From: Balanoglossus misakiensis | Taxonomy: Eukaryota; Animalia; Hemichordata | Direction: 5' to 3' | Assembly: GCA_040954595.2 (NCBI GenBank) | Contig: CM082588.2 | Location: 2,239,027 to 2,303,026 of the forward strand | DNA length: 64,000 nt | Shown: positions 55,401-64,000 of the stretch, in pieces | Position numbering within the stretch: position 1 is the stretch's first letter | How the letters are laid out: the number at the start of each line of letters is the position of its first letter | Notes under the pieces: model-generated | The model's database searches: none | What the model saw: the letters and a program-made list of their open reading frames with translations, nothing else | What the model was told of the DNA's origin: nothing | Position numbers and translations under genes: made by a program

Positions 55401-58400
55401 AGGCCGGGGTGTTGCAGCCGCCGCAGTCGCCGAGTGCGGTCGCCGTGAGTCAGCAACAGGCAGCACTACTACAGCAGCAACAGGCTGCGGCGGCCCTGCA
55501 ACAACAACAGCAGCAACAAGCCCAGGCCACCGCAGCAGCCCTGGCACATCAGCAGGCCATGCTGCAGCAGCAACAACAGCAGCAGTACAACCAGCAGATC
55601 TTTCAAGGGGTTTCACAGCAACACATGCATTTAGTAGAACAAGCAGCATTGCAGCAGCATACACATGAACAGTACAGTGACGACGTGTGGATGATTAATG
55701 AAGAGCAACGCGAGTATTACACTAAACAATTCAAAACCTTACAGCCAGACATTACTGGTCTTATTCAAGGTAAGCATCTGGTGATATTAAGCATGCATGT
55801 ATCAATACTATGTCTGCTGCTAAACATTGCCTTAGAAGCACCAAAGGCTTTTTTTAATCTTGAGCTTTTGTCCTCCACAGGTGGTACAGCAAGGGAGTTT
55901 TTTCAGAAGTCTAAATTGTCTTTTCAAGAATTATCACACATTTGGTAAGAAGGTGTCTCATAAATATATATCTATTGCCATGTCAAAATCACCAAACTCC
56001 TCGGGATTCGGGTTCTGAAAATTGAATGTTTGCCAGCAGCTCTGTCGTAAACTTGGACATGGTGCAATGACATGAGTGTTTTGCTAATCACTTGTATAAA
56101 GAATTTGAAGTATTTCAACAAAAACTGTCACTGGTAACCCTAACCATTTGTACTTGGTACCACAAACAGGCAATTATCAGATGTGAACAAGGATGGTGCT
56201 CTATCGATTGAAGAATTCTTAACGGCAATGCACTTGGTGGTGTTGCGGAAGCATGATATTGAATTGCCAGACGTACTGCCAGGATGCCTAATGCCAAAAA
56301 TGGCCGGGCCACCTACAGAAGGTAAAAAAGATTCTTGAGTTTTCTTTGAGCGTTTGCATAATAGCTTTATTTTGTCTGTAATAATATAGTCCTCATATCT
56401 ACTGTTGAGAGAAAGTGTGTGAACATAGACTTGTCAAAACATCTACACCCATGATGGTTGCATAAATACAGGAAAAAAACTTGAATCAATATATAAGTGA
56501 GTTTCTTAGCTGTATACCCAAATATATTGAGACTGGTTGGTCAAGCAATACCACCATTGTAATAAACCCATTGACTCTCTCTCCCTCCTAAAAGTTGCCA
56601 AGTCTTGATGTAAAAAGCAACATGCATCGTGCAGCAAACTTTCTTTTTGTTTGGCGAATGTCAAAATACAAAGCTGTGTAATGCATAATGTTCAAGACTC
56701 ATAGTCATAGCCACATGGCTGAAATTAACTGTCATAGTTTGTGCCAATCCCTCAATCCTGTTTTCAAAAGTAGAATTTGACTTACAAACCAGAAACTAGG
56801 GATGGCAGGGTTAAATCCCCCCTCCCCATCATCTAACCCAACATATGTACTCACATGTCGAATATCTGCCACTTGACTTTTGCCTCATCTTTTCTTCCGT
56901 CGTGCTCTTTGGCCAATCATCATGCAGTGTTGGTGCATATTGATGAGTCGGATGCCCAACCAACGCCACCACAAATAATCATAATATCTTCAGGTGACAC
57001 CACATACTTACTCATAAATGTTCATCTGCTCTCACCAAAAGCAAAAAAAAAGAGAAAAGAAAATAAAGCCTGTGCTGTGATCCCGCTTTTAATGCTTTGT
57101 GAATTCTGCAGGCAACGGCAGAGTGCATGCACATCCCTGCTACCCTTCCACCCCTTTTATCTGTACATTAGCCCAGTCATTCAAAGGGAGATTTGGGTTA
57201 AACCACCTTTCAGGGGTGTGAAAAAGGTATTAACCTTGCTGTCCCCTACTACCCCCAGGGCAAGTTCATTGCAGCTATATTTGATTAGTGTGTGGCGTGC
57301 ATGTTGTGTGTTTCTTACCTCCAGTGCCGTCAATTCCTGTGTTTGTGAATTCTCTGCTCCAGTGTGATGTTTCCAGTATTCATTTTCAACGTATTTCAGA
57401 TACGCATATAATGAATGTTGTTTACTCAATACATATATGTTTTATTTTGTACTCGAATTTGATCAATTCAACTAAAATTTCCTGTATACAGAATTACTTT
57501 CCTGGTTTCTGCTTCCAATATAAAGTCTGATTTGCACAACGAGATACACAAGGGTCCCTGGCACGCACAGCACCATGTGCAGACAGTTTACTGCCAGGGC
57601 ATCACATGTTCCTACAGCAACAAACCAGCATTATCCATGTTTTTCTTATCCACAGATCCCTTCAGTAATGCCCCCTGCCCGACCACACCCACTCACCCAG
57701 TGCCAGCATCACCGGCTGCCAAGACACCCCCGGCCCAGTGGGTCGACCAGCAACAACAGTTGCAGCATCAACAACAACAACAACAACAGCAGCAGCAGCA
57801 GCAACAACAGGGTGATGTAAGTTGCAGTACAGCGTTTAATCTTTGATATGATTTGTAGGACTAAGTCAACCATTCCTACTATTTTGTTGAAAAAGACCTG
57901 AGCATTATAATCTGGATTTAATAAATTAATCAATAACAGTTTTGATAGAAAGAACCATATGGGTTCATAAGAAGCATGGTGCCTTGTATATGCTGCACAT
58001 AGCATGCGTTCTGCTTGGCTATTGTTGTAAAATAAATGCCCGACTAAAGATAGATGTGCTCTTTGCATGGAGACCACTAGAGGATTTTTCATAAAAGGTG
58101 AAAAATCAAGTTCTACTTTCTGCATTTTACGGTCGTTGTAGGGCTCCACAGAGCCAGACTCATTCATGGAACATCTACTAAAATCCAAGACCTAATCTCT
58201 CATTCCATGACAGTAGTGTTACCCACCAAGTGGGTAGATTCCATAATCGTACAGCCAGTCATTCTATGAGCGTAGTGTAGTTTTCCCCACGGCAGACACC
58301 CATTACACATCTGGTGGCATGGTTTGCTCAGGTAGCAGATGTACAATGTACCAATGATTGACATGTGCGCGGAATGATTGACGTTTATCTCTCGTTTTTG

Positions 58401-61400
58401 ATCTTGTCGACAGCAACAGTGGGCTACATTCTCTGATCACGGTTCCCCACCTGCCTTGCCACCATCCCCATCATCACAGTCACCAGCTAACTTTGATTTT
58501 GCCTCCATCTCACCAGATCCCGTAAGTCATCTAGTTTCATCTCAAAAAGAAAAATCCAAGCTGTGAAGCAAGTGCATTAACTGTAATGCATGTCTGAAAT
58601 TGGAGCATCTTGTATAGTGCATGGATCACTGAATTGAGAGGCATGACCAAAACAGCTGATTTTTATTTTTCATCTACTAACATGATTTAGAAATCGTGCG
58701 ATAAGTCCATGTATTGAGCATGGCTGTTCGGCATGTGCCATGCAATATACTTGCATGGCTCACTAAATTTTGCAAAGTCTGCTGAAAACAAACTTCTTGT
58801 TTGTCAGGTAACTTAAATTATGATTTCCAAATTTTGTGACAAATCTTTCTGATATTCTGCAAAGATCAATGAATCCATTGCATTCTGGGTGATCAGCGGT
58901 TCTGTCTCACAAAAATATCAGTGAACATATTCAATCATATGATCCAGTTTACATGTGGGTTCTTGTTGCTGCTGCTTCAGAGCTTGGATACAAGTGTTCT
59001 TTGTGATAGTTTTCATCACGTCATATTTTGTGTGTGTATACACGTGTCCAGTGAAAATCATTCAGTGTTACAGTACAGATCAAAACTATGTTTCCAATTG
59101 TGTCGGCTGAGGAAACTGATGTTAGCACAGGCTTTCAGTATACATGCTATAATACTCATATTTTTGCCATATTTTCAACTGAATTATTATTAAACTTGAT
59201 GTCACAATATTGCAATTTCACAGGAAGGGAAGATTGTTCAACCAATTCCACTGAGGATGTCTCCTGATGGTCAACCTTTACCTCCAGAGTATGCAGACAG
59301 TAAAGATTCTCTGAGGCCAAGAACATTTTCAGGTAAAAAAAACAGTGGTGTTTTGGATGAAGGATTTGAATGGCCAACTTTTCCAAATGGTTGTCAATCA
59401 CAGATCATGTCAAAGTCACTCTCTGTCAGTGTCAATGTCAAAGTCAATGTCTTCCATGTACGTTTTCTACCCAGATCCTGGAACAGGTGTTGGCATGCCA
59501 GACGATGACCTTAGTCGCGGCCCCAATGACCTTCCCATACTGAGTCCCAGCAAGCAGAGATCACTGACAGATGCTGACACCTCGGAGCAGCAGAAACCGG
59601 CCAAACTGCCACCTCCACCGGCCAAGGATAAACGTAGCAAGTCTATCACCACAACACTCACAGGTACTGTGCAAGAACCATGACCCTGCTGTGGTGTTTT
59701 CGGTTCAGGTCCCGACCTCTGTGTCAACTGGGCATGTGCAATATCCAAGGTGTCAAATACTACAGACTGGTGTATTCCTGATGGTCGGGCTATGTGTTTG
59801 CCAACTGGTAGAACTTGGACAATTCAAGGCTGTCTGGTTCGTTAGTGTATCTAGGGTATCTGCAAACAAGGTTTTTAGTCTCAAATTTTTGGTCATTTAT
59901 TGGTCTTGTTGAATGGTTGGAGTATACACAGGTCCAGGAGAAACCAGACTAACAGCATTGAGAGTGTCCACTAGAATTGCCAGTGCAGTGTGCGTAGCTT
60001 GGTACTCTTTTTGTCAGCTGGTGGTGAACTGTCTGTCTTTTCAAAAGTAACTCTCAGCATAAGATTTTCTCATCGCAAAGGGTGGGGTGAACAGGTTATG
60101 AAAGGAGGGTGACTGTGCGTGGCTGCATAAGCAGGGAAGTCAGGAAGATGGAAGGGTCCAAATGGAAGGGAGGTTGTTAAAATCAGGCACCATGAACACA
60201 GACTAATTCCATTGTCATGGAGGTGTCAGTAATGTCCAAGTAAGGTGATGGGCTTGTTGACTACTAGCACTTGATTACATAGACTAATCCATTGCATTGG
60301 ATGTACTCTTGAATGTCGTACTCGCAGTCGGGTGGTCTAACTACATTACAGTCTTGAAAATTTAGTCGTTAATAAGGGTTGGTGATGGTGCTGTAACTCA
60401 GAAAGTCGTCCATGTTGGGTGAAACCATTACTAAGAAGGGGCTAACAGCCTTTGTAAATTTTGGGGGTGATGGACTACTTATTAACCATTTACAGGTATG
60501 ACAGTAAGTATTATTAACCCTTCTCCACAGCTGGTAAGACCGTGGATAACCAAGTGGCCTCGTCATCATCGTCGGCACAAAAACATATCATCCCACCACC
60601 TCCATCAGCGCCCGCCACTCCCACTTCAGTGAAACCATCCCATCCTCACGCATTGTTGAGGTCCAGACCCAGGTAACACAGAAAACAAAAGTGTTAAAAA
60701 TAAAAAACAAAAGTTTAAAAAATGAACAATGTTTGACTGCACTAAAATGTCCTTTGTTGTAAATTGTGTGTCTCCTGAAATAAAAAAATATTTGTTGCTT
60801 TTTGTTTTGTTTTTAAGCATAAATATTGCAGTTTATTTAATTTAATGTTTATATTTTTTGATGACACAGCACGGATGAAGCATTGCTTAGGTACATGCAA
60901 GTTTTAAAAATTATTATTTGCTATTTTTTAAATGGAGTTATTTTTTTCTGCATGCAAATAGAATTATAGTAGTGTATGCATGGTTCAGTAGATCAAGAAA
61001 AATTAATGTTTGGGTTTTATGGTCACACCATTTCTCAACCATGGTTTGGTCCAATTTCACTGTTTCTTGCGGTAAAGTTGGACCTGTGTACGAGGAAATA
61101 GGGGTGAAAGGGTTGCGCTCTTTCTTTTTGTGTGTCTGTGTGCATGGTGTATTTGTGCCCATGTGTGCCAGTCTTTCAGTGTTAACCTGCCTGCTAACAA
61201 AATGCATGATGCATTCTTCACTATAACGCTAACATATCATTTTGCTGCATTTTATTTTGTTGATGTCTTCATGTTTCCCCACCTTCCCTGCCACGCAGAT
61301 CACATTCTAGCACAGCCTCCATGCCACTGTCCAGAAAAACGGCTGCCATCAGCGCGTCGTCTTCAGAGCGGCAAGACAAACAGCCCCCAACCAAGAAGCT

Positions 61401-63826
61401 GGAGCCCCCTCCTCCTCTGCCCCCTCCGCGGAAGTTGACTCATGCTAGGTCGTCCTCCCTCGATCTTAGCAAATTGTCCCTGCAAGGAGGGGACAGTATT
61501 CCTGGTAAGAAATTAAAGATGAGAGGGGGCGGGGGTGGGAAATGAAGTGATAATTTGGGCATCAGGATACGTACAGGAGTTTTAGCCACCTGGACAATGT
61601 GGAATATTTTGATTGAGAGAGGATGCTGTATTGTAGCATAAATAAAAGTCGATATGGTTAATGGTTTGTCCCAATGTTGATTGTGATATCAACAGACTTT
61701 GGTTGCTTTAATATGGGTCTGTGAAATCTGGTTTTTGTGTTTTATCTATTCACTGTACCGAAATGTTCAATACGGTCAAGATGTGTTAGTAATATGTGTG
61801 TCTCAGATTTAATGATGAGAGATTTACGTGTACTGTACATGTTGATGTTTGTGTATCTTACCGGGTATGTCCTCTGCATGATCTCTACATCCTGGTATTT
61901 TGTTGTTATGGACCATTGATAATTGCTGGTTCTATTCATTGAATTCCGTACTGGATTGCAATTATAACCCTTGTATTTTTTGACCTCAGTTCTTGAAAAT
62001 AACCGGAAGAATGCCTGGACATTTCTGGAAGTTAGACGAACTTTGAATCTTGTAACCTTGAATTTTTGTGTACACATGCACATATTTATCATTGTGATTT
62101 GGTTTGATTTGATTCATTTTGGCCTATATATTGTCAAAAATTTCATTGGTTTCCAGAAAATATAGTTCATGAAGACATGTGTATGAAGGTATGTGTATGT
62201 AATGTCAACTAAAAAAATGATACATGATGTTTCACTTGTAGACAATACAGAAAAGATGTCAGTTCCTCACAGGCCCAGTGTTCCACCAAGAACAGGAGGG
62301 CAAGGGGTGAGTATTATATGCACGTCAGTTTGTGTTGTGATGCGAAGTGATCCAATATGGCTGCCAGGTGGCGGCCATTTTGTTATGATATTTTTCAAGT
62401 CCTTCTCTCAGACATACCTGGATCAATTTCATTCAAAGTTGGTATGAAGCTTGGTCCCAAAGTAGACATGGTCTTCATGCTGTGCACGATATGTTTTATA
62501 TTAAACCAATGATTTTTTAAAACCATCATTACAGAGCGGGAAAGCACATCTTGTGAGTCAACAGAGCGAGCCAGCTTTAGCAAACAATGCCTCACAGGGA
62601 CCAGGTGACCAGCCAGATGGTACTGATCTACAAGATTTTGCTGATTTCAGTAAATTTGAAAAAATGACGGCAGATTCACCCAAATCAAGACAAAGGCCAT
62701 CGCCGGACTCTGCACACAGAAGAGCAATGTCGCTTGATTATAAAAAAGTTGTAAGTATTGTGACAGACGTGATAGTAACATCGAGACATTTTCAAGCATT
62801 TCATGCAGACTGTTGCTGACATAGGAGCATAATAACTGTAAATGATGTCCATATTTTTCAGAGATCTTTAGAAGATTGTAAGTTAGCACCTCCACCAAGG
62901 CCTGCTGAACCAGCGAGTAAGTTCACATTTTGTATTGTAAAATTGCTTCAGTAGTGTACATGGAATCAATACACACCACATTGAAACTGACAACCATCTG
63001 GTTCTACTTGCCAGAAATATACCTCAATAGAGGTGAAATGTTATGTGTTTGTTTTCTTTCTTCAGAGGGAAGTACGGAGAAAGCAGAAGAAGTCAGTTCG
63101 GAGATGAAAGCCCAGCCGACCAAGAGAAGGGTAAGTTTGAACCACACATGTATCATGGATGCTTCCAATATGTGCGTATGACTTTTGAAATAGGCAGGAT
63201 CTGCAAGTCACAACAAACTTTGAAACAATGTTTTCGGTGTCCCTCCACAGGCACCTTCTCCACCATCGGCCAGTAAAGGACGCCACCTATCAGGGGACGA
63301 GTTGCAATCAGAAAGCAAGGAAGATTTCACTAAAGAGAGGAAAAGGCATGCATCAGCTCCACCAATACCCATTACCCAGTAAGTTGAAGATACTGACTTC
63401 TTTTCAGTTATGTATCTGTGTTCAAAGTTGAATCCAAAGTATACTACATTATAGTGGAAGTAGACTGGTTCAGCTATTGTATAAAGAACTGTTTCTGTAA
63501 AAGTTTGTATACATCTAAGTTGTAACATACATGTTAAGTGCTAAGTACCACTGGTCCAATACACACAAGTTCTGTTGATACGAGCCTCGATCAAAGGTTG
63601 CAGATGTTCTGGTCATTCGCATAAAATGTCCCTGTGTCTTTGTTATTTCAGGCCAGTCGGTCCACGTGAGAAGAAGACCATCCAGGCATCGATACGAAAT
63701 GCTAAAGATAGGAACACCATGCTCAACCGTGTCAGCAATGAACTTCAACAAGAACTCAAACAGATCATGGAAGAACGTGTGGCTTTAGAGCTACAACTCG
63801 AACATCTCAAACCATTCAACAATTAA
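49492..63826 (+). CDS. REPS1: RalBP1-associated Eps-homology domain protein (REPS1/2 ortholog), about 20 exons
   Basis: N-terminus [43 protein letters not shown]. EH domain WMINEEQREYYTKQFKTLQPD..ELSHIWQLSDVNKDGALSIEEF..AMHLVV. Also QQWATFS, HARSSSLDL and the coiled-coil end KKTIQASIR..LELQLEHLKPF. Internal small exons are approximate. Confidence 0.95.
54088..54210. repeat. Degenerate tandem repeat, about 3 copies of 42-45 bp, in a REPS intron
   Basis: Units starting CTTTTT(A/G)TCA begin at 54088, 54133 and 54175; the last two share TTAAACTAG(G/A)GGA..TCATGCTAAC. Confidence 0.7.
55452..55594 (+). repeat. CAG/CAA polyglutamine-rich coding tract in REPS; a second tract lies at about 57748-57810
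   Basis: Runs of CAG/CAA in frame within REPS exons. Confidence 0.85.
62348..62470. repeat. Probable interspersed repeat fragment with an internal hairpin
   Basis: ATGGCTGCC-AGGT-GGCGGCCAT forms a near-palindrome. The 16-mer TGGCGGCCATTTTGTT recurs in reverse complement near 22393-22408. Confidence 0.4.
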
Positions 63827-64000
63827 TTTATAAAAGAATTCTTTTTTTCTGCCAAAACCAGCATTAACTATATCCACCCAATGCCCCTTTCATACTTTTT
63901 TCCCCGAGAGAAGTGAAATGTAAGGTATCTGTAGCATTCAAAGTGCAAAAAGTGTTCTTTTTTCAATGGGTATTCTTTGGGTTTCTTTAGCTATTGTGGA

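Overview
Compact, intron-rich eukaryotic DNA, most likely from a marine invertebrate deuterostome (hemichordate-like; this is an inference from the protein sequences and gene style). It contains 14 protein-coding genes with nearly alternating strands: TFG (3' part, +), FAAP100 (-), a two-pore K+ channel (+), replication-type histones H4 (+), H2B (-) and H2A (+) with no H3 or H1, PPIL4 (-), cytosolic thiolase ACAT2 (+), SAP18 (-), an uncharacterised 269-aa predicted myristoylated/palmitoylated protein (-), ecto-5'-nucleotidase NT5E-like (+), a 12-finger C2H2 protein (-), RBBP4/7 (-) and REPS1/2 (+). A 174-bp TTAA-flanked MITE and small repeats are also present. Highlights: (1) the H2B/H2A divergent pair is bracketed by a perfect 76-bp inverted repeat because the two genes have identical 3' ends, including an extra hairpin; (2) the K2P channel has Ala at the conserved filter Thr of pore 1 (SAIGYG); (3) the 4-exon lipid-anchored protein is missed by the ORF track; (4) the zinc-finger protein is built from four related finger triplets; (5) RBBP4/7 and REPS are head-to-head, as RBBP7 and REPS2 are in human. 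All exon models were read by eye and no database search was run.
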